The notes under the pieces were generated by a model that worked only from the letters and a program-made list of their open reading frames with translations, had not been told where the DNA came from and searched no databases. A stretch of DNA of 64,000 bases from Turneriella sp. (GTDB lineage: Bacteria > Spirochaetota > Leptospiria > Turneriellales > Turneriellaceae), in assembly GCA_965279515.1 (NCBI GenBank), contig CBDIID010000003.1, forward strand, positions 3,872,001 through 3,936,000, written 5' to 3'. Shown here piece after piece: positions 51,457-61,695 of the stretch. The position numbers and the translations under genes are program-made. How positions within the stretch are numbered: position 1 is the stretch's first letter; each line of letters begins with the position of its first letter.

Positions 51457-52763
51457 AAATCTGCGTTCAGGGTTTGTGGCATCTCGGTACGGTAATCGTC
51501 GCGGGATCAGCCAGCCTTGGGCACGACGTAATCGGTCTGGATTTTGACGAATCGGTCATCAATAATCTGCGAAACGGTCAGGCTCCTATACACGAGCCTG
51601 GTCTAGACGACCTCCTTTTGGATGGCCTCTCCAAGAAACTAATCCATTTTACAGAAATGGCGTCAGATATTCCTGGAGATACCGATGTTCTCTGGGTTAC
51701 GTATGATACTCCCGTCGATGCAGACGACAAAGCCGATGCAGATTTTGTCTACAATCAGATAATTCAGACTTTGCCTTTCTTGCCCAATGGAGTTATTGTA
51801 ATGATCTCCTCGCAACTACCCGTTGGGTCAATTGCGCATTTGGAAGAAATCGCCCGGAAGGAATTTGCGGCGAAAGAACTCACTTTTGCGTGCTCTCCAG
51901 AAAATTTGCGATTGGGGAGGGCGCTTGATGTATTTTTACATCCGGATAGAATCGTAGTTGGCTATCGTAGTGCTAAGGACAAAGAAAAGCTGCAAAAACT
52001 CTTTCATCCATGGTCATCTCCGATCGAGTGGATGTCCGTAGAATCTGCGGAAATGACAAAGCATGCTATTAATTCATTTCTGGCGGTTTCTGTCACCTAC
52101 GCAAATGAGATTGCATCTATTTGCGAGCTCGTCGGTGCGGACGCCAAAGAGGTCGAGCGCGGTCTGAAATCGGAGCAGAGGATTGGACCAGGGGCTTACC
52201 TTTCACCGGGTGGTGCTTTTGCGGGGGGGACACTCGCCAGGGACATCGCCTTCCTGAACCAGTTAAGCCTGCGATTGGGCCTAGAATCTTCACTGCTGGC
52301 ATCAGTGCGCAAGAGTAACGAGAATCATAAGCATTGGGTAGAGCGCCGTTTGAAAGCAATTTTTCCATCTCTGCATAAATTGAAGGTTGCCGTTTGGGGA
52401 CTTACGTATAAGCCTGAAACGGACACTTTAAGGAGATCTGCGGTCGTAGAATTTTGCAGCCGGCTCATTAATGATCAGGTTCAATTGCGGGTTCATGATC
52501 CTCTTGTGAAAGAATTACCTGAGGGATGGGAAGAAAAGGTGGAACGCTATTCCGATCCGCTCGACATGCTCCGGGCTGCTGATGTTCTTATTGTTGGAAC
52601 GGCGCATTCATCATACAAGTCAATCACCCCTGAGGAAATAAAAAATGTGGCACGAGGGCTGGTAATCCTGGATCAAAACAGAATATTGAAAGATCTAATG
52701 GGTCACGTCGAGCTGCGATATTATTCCGTTGGAACCTCTCAAACTTTGGTAGGCTCGGGATGA
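51453..52763 (+). CDS. UDP-glucose/GDP-mannose dehydrogenase homolog lacking the catalytic Cys
   Basis: PIHEPGL, SPENLR.G, AEMTKHAIN.FLA, GLTYKP; FAGGTLARD in place of the canonical (Y/F)GGSCFPKD. Confidence 0.85.
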   Translation: MKICVQGLWHLGTVIVAGSASLGHDVIGLDFDESVINNLRNGQAPIHEPGLDDLLLDGLSKKLIHFTEMASDIPGDTDVLWVTYDTPVDADDKADADFVYNQIIQTLPFLPNGVIVMISSQLPVGSIAHLEEIARKEFAAKELTFACSPENLRLGRALDVFLHPDRIVVGYRSAKDKEKLQKLFHPWSSPIEWMSVESAEMTKHAINSFLAVSVTYANEIASICELVGADAKEVERGLKSEQRIGPGAYLSPGGAFAGGTLARDIAFLNQLSLRLGLESSLLASVRKSNENHKHWVERRLKAIFPSLHKLKVAVWGLTYKPETDTLRRSAVVEFCSRLINDQVQLRVHDPLVKELPEGWEEKVERYSDPLDMLRAADVLIVGTAHSSYKSITPEEIKNVARGLVILDQNRILKDLMGHVELRYYSVGTSQTLVGSG

Positions 52764-53635
52764 ATTATTCCCTTGAAAATAAAGTCGCTATCATAACCGG
52801 AGCCAGTCAGGGATTGGGGCTCGAAATTTCGCGGAAATACATCATGGCTGGAGCCTCTGTTATGCTTTGTGCCCGGGAGACCGGCCGACTTGAAAGAGAG
52901 GCTAGCGAACTTACGAAACTCCTTAAGCAAGGACAAACGTTAGAGGCTTTTTCCGTGGATGTGTCCTTGGAAGGTGAAGTGGGTTTGATGGTTGAAAACA
53001 TTATCAAACGCCACGGCCGGATTGATATTCTTGTCAACAATGCCGGGATTTACGGGCCTATGGGACCTATCGAATCGGTGGACTGGTTGCACTGGAAGAA
53101 GGCTATAGATGTAAATCTCTTTGGTTCCATACTGATGTGCCGGCTTGTAGTACCTTACATGAAAAAGCAAAAATCTGGAAAAATAATTCAGCTCTCCGGC
53201 GGAGGAGCCACCAATCCATTGCCAAATATCAGCGCATACGCGGTTTCCAAGGCTGCGATAGTCCGGTTTGCCGAGACCCTCGCTGAAGAATTGCGTGAAT
53301 TTGGCGTAGATGTCAATTCGATAGCACCCGGTGCCTTAAACACGCGTATGCTTGATGAAGTTCTGTCAGCAGGACCTGAAAATGTTGGTAAAAACTTCTA
53401 TGAGAAATCCGTTAAGCAAAAGCAAAATGGTGGTGCAGGACTTGAGGCTGGCGCGGAATTAGCCGTGTTTCTCGGGTCTGCCGTGAGTAACGGAATTACA
53501 GCAAAACTCATAAGTGCAGTATGGGATAATTGGCAGGAATGGCCCAAACATCTTGCAAAACTTAATAATTCAGATGCATATACCATTCGACGCATTGCGG
53601 GGCGCGAGCGGGATTTTTCGCTGGGTGACAAATGA
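52760..53635 (+). CDS. SDR family oxidoreductase (sugar ketoreductase candidate)
   Basis: TGASQGLG, NNAG, LSGGGA, YAVSK. Confidence 0.88.
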   Translation: MNYSLENKVAIITGASQGLGLEISRKYIMAGASVMLCARETGRLEREASELTKLLKQGQTLEAFSVDVSLEGEVGLMVENIIKRHGRIDILVNNAGIYGPMGPIESVDWLHWKKAIDVNLFGSILMCRLVVPYMKKQKSGKIIQLSGGGATNPLPNISAYAVSKAAIVRFAETLAEELREFGVDVNSIAPGALNTRMLDEVLSAGPENVGKNFYEKSVKQKQNGGAGLEAGAELAVFLGSAVSNGITAKLISAVWDNWQEWPKHLAKLNNSDAYTIRRIAGRERDFSLGDK

Positions 53636-54621
53636 GTCTGCGCATCGGAATCATCGGTTGTGGATTGATTGGACAAAAGCGGGCAAATTCTTTAGGGGAT
53701 ATGAGCTTAGTTGCGTGCGCTGATTTAAGCGAAGATCGAGCCAAGGCTGTCGCAAAGGGAAAAGCAAAGGTATATACCCAGTGGCGTGAGCTCCTCGCCG
53801 ATCCTCAAGTGGAGGCTGTAATAATTGCAACCCTGCACGATTCATTGGCAGAAATTACTTTGGCTGCAATTCAAAGCGGGAAGCATGTGTTGGTAGAAAA
53901 GCCAGCGGCGCGAAACTCCTCGGAATTGCTCCCAATTCTTGATGCTTTGAAAACAAGCAAAATAAAAGTCCGGGTTGGCTTTAATCATCGCTTTCATCGT
54001 GCAATGCAAGCGGCCCGGGAGCTCGTTGATTCCGGCTCGCTCGGAGAATTAATGTATATCCGGGCGCGCTACGGCCATGGAGGTCGTCCCGGCTATGATC
54101 GTGAATGGCGTGCTCAACCTAAGGTTTCAGGGGGGGGTGAATTGATCGATCAGGGACCGCATATTATAGACTTGGCCCGTTGGTTTCTGGGGGATTTTTC
54201 AGACATCAATGGATTCGCACATACTTATTTCTGGGATATGGCCGTAGATGATAACGGATTTCTGCTATTAAGAAATACAAAAAAGCAGGTGGCTTTTTTA
54301 CATGCGAGTTGCACTGAATGGAAGAACATGTTCTCCATGGAGATATACGGCAAAATCGGCAAGGTGGAAATTTCAGGACTGGGGGGAAGCTACGGTGTGG
54401 AGCGCCTTTGCTTTTACAAAATGCTGCCTGAGATGGGGCCACCTGAAACTACAATTTGGGAGTATCCGATGGCAGATAATTCCTGGGCGCTTGAACTCTC
54501 TGAGTTCGCCAGAGATATAAGTTTGAACAGAAATTCTTCGCCTGGAATCAATGATGCATATCAAACACTTAAAATAATCGAGAAGATTTATCAGGAGTCT
54601 GGCTATGATCATCGCGCGTAG
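53632..54621 (+). CDS. Gfo/Idh/MocA family oxidoreductase
   Basis: IGCGLIG, GKHVLVEKP, GFNHRF, GGGELIDQGPHIID. Confidence 0.9.
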   Translation: MSLRIGIIGCGLIGQKRANSLGDMSLVACADLSEDRAKAVAKGKAKVYTQWRELLADPQVEAVIIATLHDSLAEITLAAIQSGKHVLVEKPAARNSSELLPILDALKTSKIKVRVGFNHRFHRAMQAARELVDSGSLGELMYIRARYGHGGRPGYDREWRAQPKVSGGGELIDQGPHIIDLARWFLGDFSDINGFAHTYFWDMAVDDNGFLLLRNTKKQVAFLHASCTEWKNMFSMEIYGKIGKVEISGLGGSYGVERLCFYKMLPEMGPPETTIWEYPMADNSWALELSEFARDISLNRNSSPGINDAYQTLKIIEKIYQESGYDHRA

Positions 54622-55585
54622 TCCGTTACGTATTACACTTGGCGGAGGGGGCACAGATTTACCTTCTTATTATCGCCAACATGAAGGATTTCTCATCGCG
54701 GGAGCTATTAACAAATACGTTTATGTAACTGTTATGCGCCCGTTCACCGAAGGTATCTACCTGAAGTATTCGGAGTTGGAACAAGTGGCGAAAGTGACTG
54801 ATGTCAAGCACCGAATCATCAGGGAAGCCCTGCTAATACAAAACTTGCGGACCCCCCAAATCGAAATCACAACTCTCGCAGATATTCCGGCAGGAACCGG
54901 CTTAGGGTCTTCAGGAAGTTTTACAACGGCTCTTTTGAAAGCATTATATGCACATCGGCGTCAATTATTGCATCCTAAGGAACTTGCAGAAATGGCATGT
55001 CATGTTGAAATTGACAGGCTTGGTGAACCCATCGGCAAACAGGATCAATATATTGCAGCTTATGGGGGGCTAACTTGCTTCACTTTCCACAAAGACGATA
55101 GTGTAACCGCGATACCGCTAAATATCACCATGGATACCATGCATGATCTGGAGGATAATATCCTGTTGTTTTTTACCGGTTACGCGCGCAGTGCGAGCGG
55201 AATACTCACGGATCAAAATGTTCGAACGCAGAGTAGCGATGCGGAAATGCTAAAAAATCTTCATTTTGTGAAGGAGCTCGGTTATCGCAGCTTGCATGCG
55301 TTAGAAGCGGGTGATGTCATCAAATTTGGGGAGCTAATGCATGAGCATTGGGAACATAAGAAAAGTCGATCTGGAGGGATGAGTAATCCACAAATTGATG
55401 AGTGGTACTCCCTTGGAATCAAAAGCGGCGCCGTTGGCGGAAAACTTGTAGGTGCGGGCGGCGGCGGCTTTTTAATGTTCTATGCGTCTGATCGTACTAA
55501 ACTCCGGCAAGCGATGACACGCGCTGGCCTTGAAGAGGTTCGGTTTACTTTCGATTTCGAAGGTACAAAGGTTGTATTGTCTTGA
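54605..55585 (+). CDS. GHMP sugar-phosphate kinase (HddA-like)
   Basis: SPLRITLGGGGTD, DIPAGTGLGSSG, GKQDQY, GGKLVGAGGGGF. Confidence 0.92.
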   Translation: MIIARSPLRITLGGGGTDLPSYYRQHEGFLIAGAINKYVYVTVMRPFTEGIYLKYSELEQVAKVTDVKHRIIREALLIQNLRTPQIEITTLADIPAGTGLGSSGSFTTALLKALYAHRRQLLHPKELAEMACHVEIDRLGEPIGKQDQYIAAYGGLTCFTFHKDDSVTAIPLNITMDTMHDLEDNILLFFTGYARSASGILTDQNVRTQSSDAEMLKNLHFVKELGYRSLHALEAGDVIKFGELMHEHWEHKKSRSGGMSNPQIDEWYSLGIKSGAVGGKLVGAGGGGFLMFYASDRTKLRQAMTRAGLEEVRFTFDFEGTKVVLS

Positions 55586-56289
55586 GTTTACCGGTCGCCA
55601 TTCTGGCGGGCGGGTTTGCGACCCGGTTATTGCCCATCACTGAAAAGATTCCAAAAGCGTTGGTTGACGTCGCAGGAAAGCCTTTTATCCTTCGTCAATT
55701 GGAGCACCTGCACGTCCAAGGATTGGATCGCGTCGTAATCTGCGTCAACTATCTTGGCGGACAAATTGAAGCTGCGCTCGGAGATGGCAAGGCCCTTGGC
55801 ATGGAAATTAAGTACTCATGGGATGGAGAAAATCCTTTGGGGACAGCGGGTGCTTTAAAAAAAGCGAGTCGGTTGCTTGGCGATACATTCTTCGTTTATT
55901 ATGGTGATTCCTTTTTGCCTATTGATTTTCAGGCTGTCGCGGCAGCTTTTGCCAGCTGTGGCCACCCGGCGTTGATGACCGTACTTAAGAACGAAGATAG
56001 ATGGGATAAGAGCAATGTCATATTTGTAAATGGCAAATTGATAAGTTACGATAAAAAAAATCAGGTGCCTGAAATGAAATATATTGATTACGGTCTAGGT
56101 ATAATCTCCGCTTCAATTCTAAAAGAAGTATCGGAAGATAAATCCACGGATCTTTCCGATATTTATCGTGAACTTTCTCGCGATGGACGTCTGGCCGGAT
56201 TCGAAGTTTTTGACCGATTCTATGAAATTGGATCTCACAAAGGCCTTGACGAGACGACTAGATACTTTACGAATACAGGTTTACAATGA
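55582..56289 (+). CDS. Sugar-1-phosphate nucleotidyltransferase (HddC-like)
   Basis: ILAGGFATRL...IPKALV, LGTAGAL, YGDS, FYEIG; TTG start. Confidence 0.9.
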   Translation: MSLPVAILAGGFATRLLPITEKIPKALVDVAGKPFILRQLEHLHVQGLDRVVICVNYLGGQIEAALGDGKALGMEIKYSWDGENPLGTAGALKKASRLLGDTFFVYYGDSFLPIDFQAVAAAFASCGHPALMTVLKNEDRWDKSNVIFVNGKLISYDKKNQVPEMKYIDYGLGIISASILKEVSEDKSTDLSDIYRELSRDGRLAGFEVFDRFYEIGSHKGLDETTRYFTNTGLQ

Positions 56290-56891
56290 GCTATTCCGCA
56301 AAGCATTTGGCTGAGGCTGTAGAGATTCTTGCCAAAATTAATCCTGATGATCTGGAAAAAATGACCGATTTGTTGGTTCAAGTAAAGGCAGACGGTGGTA
56401 GAATATTTTTTCTCGGTGTAGGCGGAAGTGCCGGAAATTGCTCCCATGCGGTTAACGATTTCCGAAAAATCGTGGGAATTGAATGTTATGCCCCGACAGA
56501 TAATGTTTCCGAACTCACGGCAAGAACCAATGACGAAGGCTGGGCAACTATTTTTGTGGAATGGTTGAAGATTAGTAAGCTGACTTCGAAGGATTTGCTT
56601 TTCATTCTTTCTGTCGGTGGTGGTAGCTTGGAAAAAAATATTAGCCCAAATCTGGTTACTGCTTTGCAATATGGAAAACAACAAGGAGCAAAGATTACGG
56701 GAGTGATTGGTCGTGATGGCGGATATACAGCTACAGTAGCCGACGCATGCCTGATAATCCCGACAGTGAATCCGGAGAACATTACTCCGCATTCCGAAGC
56801 CTTTCAGGCCGTAGCATGGCATTTGCTTGTGTCACATCCGAAGCTAAAGGCTTCCGCGACTAAATGGGAATCTACAGTAAAAACTTCGTGA
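56286..56891 (+). CDS. SIS-domain sugar-phosphate isomerase (GmhA-like)
   Basis: GVGGSAGNCSHAVND, ARTNDEG, SVGGG. Confidence 0.88.
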   Translation: MSYSAKHLAEAVEILAKINPDDLEKMTDLLVQVKADGGRIFFLGVGGSAGNCSHAVNDFRKIVGIECYAPTDNVSELTARTNDEGWATIFVEWLKISKLTSKDLLFILSVGGGSLEKNISPNLVTALQYGKQQGAKITGVIGRDGGYTATVADACLIIPTVNPENITPHSEAFQAVAWHLLVSHPKLKASATKWESTVKTS

Positions 56892-56901
56892 TTCGCTTTG
56901 T

Positions 56902-57447
56902 GTGATTGCTAAAGCAGTTTTTTTAGACAGGGACGGTGTTATTAACCGTGCCTTGGTTAAAGATGGCAGACCATATCCTCCCAGGGATTTGCAGGGTGTC
57001 GAAATTATCCCGGGTGTACACACTGCCTTACAGAAATTGAAGAGCCATGGATTCATTCTGATTGTGGTCACAAATCAACCCGATGTTGGCAGGGGTGTAA
57101 CGCCAATAACCTTAGTCGAAGCAATAAATAAGTATCTTGGACGGGAATTGCCAATCGATAAGTTCTTAGTGTGCTACCACGATGACGCTGATAATTGCTT
57201 ATGCCGAAAGCCAAAACCGGGAATGTTATTCGAAGCTGCCAGGGCTTTTGATATCGACTTGAATCAGTCATATTTGATCGGTGATCGCTGGAGAGATGTG
57301 GAGGCTGGGATTAATGCGGGCTGTAAGACAATATTTATTGACTACGGATACAATGAAAAACAACCCGAAAATGCGGATTTTGTAGTGAAATCGATAGATG
57401 AAGTTGTGGAGATTATTCTCAAAGGAGTGCATGATGAAGAAAATTGA
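56902..57447 (+). CDS. HAD-IIIA sugar bisphosphate phosphatase (GmhB-like)
   Basis: FLDRDGVIN, VVTNQ, CxH...CxCRKPKPGM, IGDRWRD. Confidence 0.92.
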   Translation: MIAKAVFLDRDGVINRALVKDGRPYPPRDLQGVEIIPGVHTALQKLKSHGFILIVVTNQPDVGRGVTPITLVEAINKYLGRELPIDKFLVCYHDDADNCLCRKPKPGMLFEAARAFDIDLNQSYLIGDRWRDVEAGINAGCKTIFIDYGYNEKQPENADFVVKSIDEVVEIILKGVHDEEN

Positions 57448-58150
57448 AGATCTGAACATCAAGATATTTGCAGATGGTGCTGATAAAGAAGGGATGCTCG
57501 AAATGAACAGCAAGTCTTACATAAAAGGACTTACAACAAACCCGACTTTGATGAACAAAGCCGGCATAAAGGACTACAAAGCCTTCGCCCAAGACATACT
57601 TTCAACCATCAAGGATAAGCCTATTTCATTCGAAGTTTTTTCCGATGATTTTGCCGAAATGGAAAGACAGGCTATGGAAATAGCCGGATGGGGAAGTAAT
57701 GTTTACGTGAAAATTCCGGTAACTAATACTAAGGGCGAAACCTGCTACAGCATGGTGAAAAAACTGGCTGCAAATAAGGTAAAGTTAAATGTAACCGCCC
57801 TCATGACACTTGCCCAGGTTCGGGACGTCGTTGCTTCGTTGCAAAATGATGTACCCAGTTACGTGTCTGTTTTTGCAGGCCGCATTGCTGATACAGGCTG
57901 CGATCCGATGCCTTTGATGGCAGCCGCCGTAGAAATGCTCAAGCCAAACCGCAGTGCGGAACTTATTTGGGCAAGTCCCCGCGAACTTTTGAATATTTTT
58001 CATGCAGAAGCGATTGGGTGCCAAGTAATAACCGTGACAAATGATATTCTGAAAAAGCTGACTCTAGTCGGTTATGACTTAGGAGCATATTCCCTTGATA
58101 CTGTGAAAATGTTCTATAAAGATGCTGTGGCGGCCGGATTTAAGCTGTAA
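57431..58150 (+). CDS. Transaldolase family protein (short FSA/TalC type) inside a sugar operon
   Basis: IFADGAD, GLTTNPTLM, VYVKIP Schiff-base Lys, NVTA, SVFAGRIAD, WASPRE; AGGAG RBS. Confidence 0.92.
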   Translation: MMKKIEDLNIKIFADGADKEGMLEMNSKSYIKGLTTNPTLMNKAGIKDYKAFAQDILSTIKDKPISFEVFSDDFAEMERQAMEIAGWGSNVYVKIPVTNTKGETCYSMVKKLAANKVKLNVTALMTLAQVRDVVASLQNDVPSYVSVFAGRIADTGCDPMPLMAAAVEMLKPNRSAELIWASPRELLNIFHAEAIGCQVITVTNDILKKLTLVGYDLGAYSLDTVKMFYKDAVAAGFKL

Positions 58151-58477
58151 ATTTTTCCTCCGGTTTTATTTAAGTAGGCTGGCTGAAAATGTATCTTTCC
58201 GGAAAGTGCATGCCTGCATTATTTCGCACGTTTATGGCGTAACGTCTGGCTGATCGCAAGGTTAACATCAGTGTGACTATGCTCTAAGCCAGACATGCAT
58301 AAACGGGTCAGGTAGCAATCAATGCGATTGTAAAGAAACCCAAGAAAATAAAACTCGGATAAAGGCTAGTTTATACCAAGCCCTGTACCGACCCCCTAAA
58401 TCACCGGACACCTTATCCTGCTCCTAAGACATAGGAGTAGTGATAGTACTAAGGCTAAGGTAGAGTTAGTCACAACC

Positions 58478-58828
58478 GTGCAGCGTCGTCGCAGATGGTC
58501 TGTTGCAGAGAAGCTGGAGATTCTCGCCGAAGCTGAACAACCCGGAATGAGCATGTCGTATGTGGCCCGCAAACATGGCATTGCGGCAACGCAGATTTTT
58601 AAGTGGAAAAAGCTGAAAGAAGCTGGCGCTCTGGCGGCTGTCGATAGCGAAGAAGAGGTGTTGCCCGTATCTCAGGTTAAGCAACTACGCGAACGCATCC
58701 GCCGACTGGAAAACATTCTGGGCCGTAAAACCGAAGAAGTGGAAATTCTTAAGGAAGCGGTTCGTATTGGACGCGAAAAAAAACTCATCTCGCACAAGCC
58801 GTTACACGGAATCGACGGTTTCGAGTGA
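58478..58828 (+). CDS. IS3 transposase OrfA (HTH); true start may be further upstream
   Basis: RRRRWS..EK....AE...PG.S...VARKHGI; A8 slippery run at 58776-58783. Confidence 0.88.
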   Translation: MQRRRRWSVAEKLEILAEAEQPGMSMSYVARKHGIAATQIFKWKKLKEAGALAAVDSEEEVLPVSQVKQLRERIRRLENILGRKTEEVEILKEAVRIGREKKLISHKPLHGIDGFE

Positions 58829-59646
58829 GTCGGGTTGCTGATGTATTGCGCGTTGCGCGGTCGAATATCTATGAGGGCTTGAAATCCTCACGTCGGGGAC
58901 GGAAAATTGATCGTATAGTCGATGAACGAGTCCTGCCTGAAATCCGCCGGATTTGCGACGAAAGGCCAACATATGGTTACCAGCGCGTGACTCCCGTACT
59001 CAACAAAAACCTTGAAAAACAAGGATTTTCCCGCGTGAATAAGAAGCGCGTTTATCGGCTGATGAAAGAACACCAGCTGTTGCTACCGAAAAGCGCCAGC
59101 CGTCGGACGCTGGTGCATGATGGCAAGATCATCACTGCCAAAAGTGACGTGCGCTGGTGCATGGATATATTTGGAGTGCTCACCTGGAATGGGACTCACG
59201 TCTGGGTTGCATTTGTTTTGGATTGCCACGACCGCCAGATCATCAACCATTTCAGCAGTACCATCGGCATCGACGGTCTGAATATTCGTGACATGCTGCT
59301 GGGTGCTGTCGAGGAACGCTTCGGTAAGGCCGAATGTCCTCACACCATTCAACTGCTGAGTGACAATGGTCCGCAATTCACAAGCCGCGAAACAGTTCAT
59401 TTTGCATCCTCGATCGGATTTCAAGTATGCACCACGCCAGCCTACAGCCCCGAAAGCAATGGCATGGCCGAAGCATTTGTGAAAACATTCAAGCGCGATT
59501 ACGTTTACATCAATCGCCTTGAGTCCGCATGGAAAGTAATGCCGCAGATTTCGGAGTGGATGCATGACTACAACCATCATGCGCCCCATAAAGGCTTGAA
59601 GATGCGTTCACCGGTTGAATACAGGAGCTTAATGGCAGCAGGCTAA
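58825..59646 (+). CDS. IS3 transposase OrfB (DDE integrase core)
   Basis: TYGYQRV, WCMD, LSDNGPQF, SPESNGMAEAFVKTFKRDY, YN...PH..L...SP. Confidence 0.92.
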   Translation: MSRVADVLRVARSNIYEGLKSSRRGRKIDRIVDERVLPEIRRICDERPTYGYQRVTPVLNKNLEKQGFSRVNKKRVYRLMKEHQLLLPKSASRRTLVHDGKIITAKSDVRWCMDIFGVLTWNGTHVWVAFVLDCHDRQIINHFSSTIGIDGLNIRDMLLGAVEERFGKAECPHTIQLLSDNGPQFTSRETVHFASSIGFQVCTTPAYSPESNGMAEAFVKTFKRDYVYINRLESAWKVMPQISEWMHDYNHHAPHKGLKMRSPVEYRSLMAAG

Positions 59647-59733
59647 GCTGTCCGCTTTTCGGGGGGCACTGCAACCCCGAGGTTTGCGAAGCCCTGTCCA
59701 TTGGAGCTTCCCCATGGGATATGGCAGAAGACT

Positions 59734-61470
59734 TCAAGGAGTATCCGATCTCTCTGCCTTTCTTGTCGGTTGTTCACAGGTTGGCGCAATTGCTTTGTTT
59801 GGACATGCTGAAAATTTCAAGTTCGGCAATCCCGTGCCGCAATATCCCGTGAAGAGGGCATATATTTCATAGTCTACAGGTTTGTCACAGGCTGCAACAT
59901 TAAAGGTGATGGCGTCGCCTTTTAGGTTAAAGGCGCCACTTTCATATTTTCGCGTGCCGCAGTCATATTTAATAATATTGTCATCGAATGGCCTCTTTAG
60001 CGGTTGATTTCGCACATCCGTAAAGCTGATTTTTACTTCACATTGTCCATTGATGCATTTAGCATTCGTCGTAGGTTTAGGATTCAGGTGCCTGCTAGTC
60101 AGTTCAAACCAGTTATATTTTGGTATCAGCCATTGTCCGACGCCAATCGCTAGCGTACTTATGCCTACCAAAGGTATAAGCCAAGCCAAGCGTTTTTTCT
60201 TGAATGCCTGGGCAACGAATTGCAACAGACCAGGACCAGTGGCGATGGTGAGTAATAGCGTTGCGAGAATGAATTCTCTGGTCAGCCCATATTTGTTATG
60301 GGTACCACCCCAAACGGCGGTTGCATTGTAACCCAGAGTTATTGTCAAAAATGATCCAACCCCTATCAGGAATGCGAAACCAACCATTGGCGAATCAGTA
60401 CGCCAATCTCTTTTCAAAAAGATTCCAGTAAAGGAGGCAAAGAGCGTGAGCGGAATAATGTAGAAAAGAATCGGCAACTGCATAAGCAACGGCATATAGA
60501 AATCGGACCTTGAAAAACCACCCAGAATGATGCGTCGAAAGGAGTACTCGTTGCCGTAGCTATAGTAATTAGGGTCGACAAACGTTTGTATTAAATGCAA
60601 CGGAATCATCTTCGGATTGAGACTCATGTATTCTCTGATATAAGTGTCCTGTGATCGCAATTGGCTATAGTGCCCATTCATCGGCATTCCGTTAGAAAAA
60701 TAATAAATAAAAGCAACCGCAAAAATAGCTCCGGAAATGGAAGCTGTTATGCGTTTCAGCAATAGAGCAAAATCAATTTTGTTTTTCTTCAAAAACAAGT
60801 AATGGCCAAACATGATTGCGGTTGCAACAGCACAGGCTAAGAAAACGGCCATGGCCTCATGACGGCGAACATTAGCGAATAAAATTCCAGAAAAAGCCGC
60901 CGCGAAATACCACAGGAGCCGGTTATTGCACATAGCCTCTATGAACGAAAATACGAAAGCAACTCCGCAGAAAGCAGCAGCGTAATGCGACCAGGGGATG
61001 TAGTTAAAACGCAAGATGGTGCTAAGCTGATACATAATAATCCATAGCAAAACAGAGAAAAACGCCAATGAGAGTTTGTTTTTTACTGGGTTCAGTACCA
61101 TTCCCACTCGAAACATAAGCAATACTGAGAGCAGGGCTGCAGCCATGGCGTAAGCCATGCCGTGATAGGCGAAAGATGCGTCCACTGACGGTGTATACCA
61201 CACGCCGGATAATTTGTGGTAAAATCCGATCAGAGATAAATAGCCTGTTGCCATATATCCGCTTCGCACGGAGTCAGGCACTTCACCTGCCATAGCCGCT
61301 TTAAAGGCCATATATATCTCGCCCTGATCGTCACGATTGCTAAATGTTGCACTGTTTTGGGTCAGATTATGTTTAGCGCCGGCAAAATTGTCCTGAAAAA
61401 CAAAATAGCAGGGTAAAATCAGGCAAATTACAATTAACAACACCTTCAGCGATTTCAGCATAGAAGTCAT
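59734..61470 (-). CDS. Polytopic membrane protein with C-terminal extracytoplasmic domain (GT-C-like candidate)
   Basis: About 10-11 TM segments, acidic DD pair in the first loop (NRDDQGE), Cys-containing C-terminal beta domain; start chosen at ATG 61470. Confidence 0.6.
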   Translation of the reverse strand: MTSMLKSLKVLLIVICLILPCYFVFQDNFAGAKHNLTQNSATFSNRDDQGEIYMAFKAAMAGEVPDSVRSGYMATGYLSLIGFYHKLSGVWYTPSVDASFAYHGMAYAMAAALLSVLLMFRVGMVLNPVKNKLSLAFFSVLLWIIMYQLSTILRFNYIPWSHYAAAFCGVAFVFSFIEAMCNNRLLWYFAAAFSGILFANVRRHEAMAVFLACAVATAIMFGHYLFLKKNKIDFALLLKRITASISGAIFAVAFIYYFSNGMPMNGHYSQLRSQDTYIREYMSLNPKMIPLHLIQTFVDPNYYSYGNEYSFRRIILGGFSRSDFYMPLLMQLPILFYIIPLTLFASFTGIFLKRDWRTDSPMVGFAFLIGVGSFLTITLGYNATAVWGGTHNKYGLTREFILATLLLTIATGPGLLQFVAQAFKKKRLAWLIPLVGISTLAIGVGQWLIPKYNWFELTSRHLNPKPTTNAKCINGQCEVKISFTDVRNQPLKRPFDDNIIKYDCGTRKYESGAFNLKGDAITFNVAACDKPVDYEIYALFTGYCGTGLPNLKFSACPNKAIAPTCEQPTRKAERSDTP

Positions 61471-61695
61471 TGACCGATTGTGCACCATCGACTTGCCGAG
61501 AAGAAGAATTTGACTTTGGATATGGAATATCGCGTGTTTGGCAACAATTAACTGAACAGCCGGCCCGAAACTGGAAATGTTTACGAATTGCAAAACAGCC
61601 AAAAATCGCCGGCGCTAAACCGTCATCGCCATTAAAAAAGTGCATGCAAATTGCCAGGCAATTTCCACTCACTTTAAAAGCCTGGTTAAGAAATT

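Larger units (their letters stand above)
58384..59673 (+). mobile_element. IS3-family (IS2-like) insertion sequence, 1290 bp
   Basis: Imperfect TIRs TGTACCGACCCCCTAAATCACCGGACA / TGTCCGCTTTTCGGGGGGCACTGCA (TG...CA ends); orfA/orfB in -1 phase; no clean target duplication. Confidence 0.92.

Noticed and set aside
58378..59680. Target-site duplication for the IS3 element
   Set aside because: The flanks AAGCCC and ACCCCG do not form an exact direct repeat.
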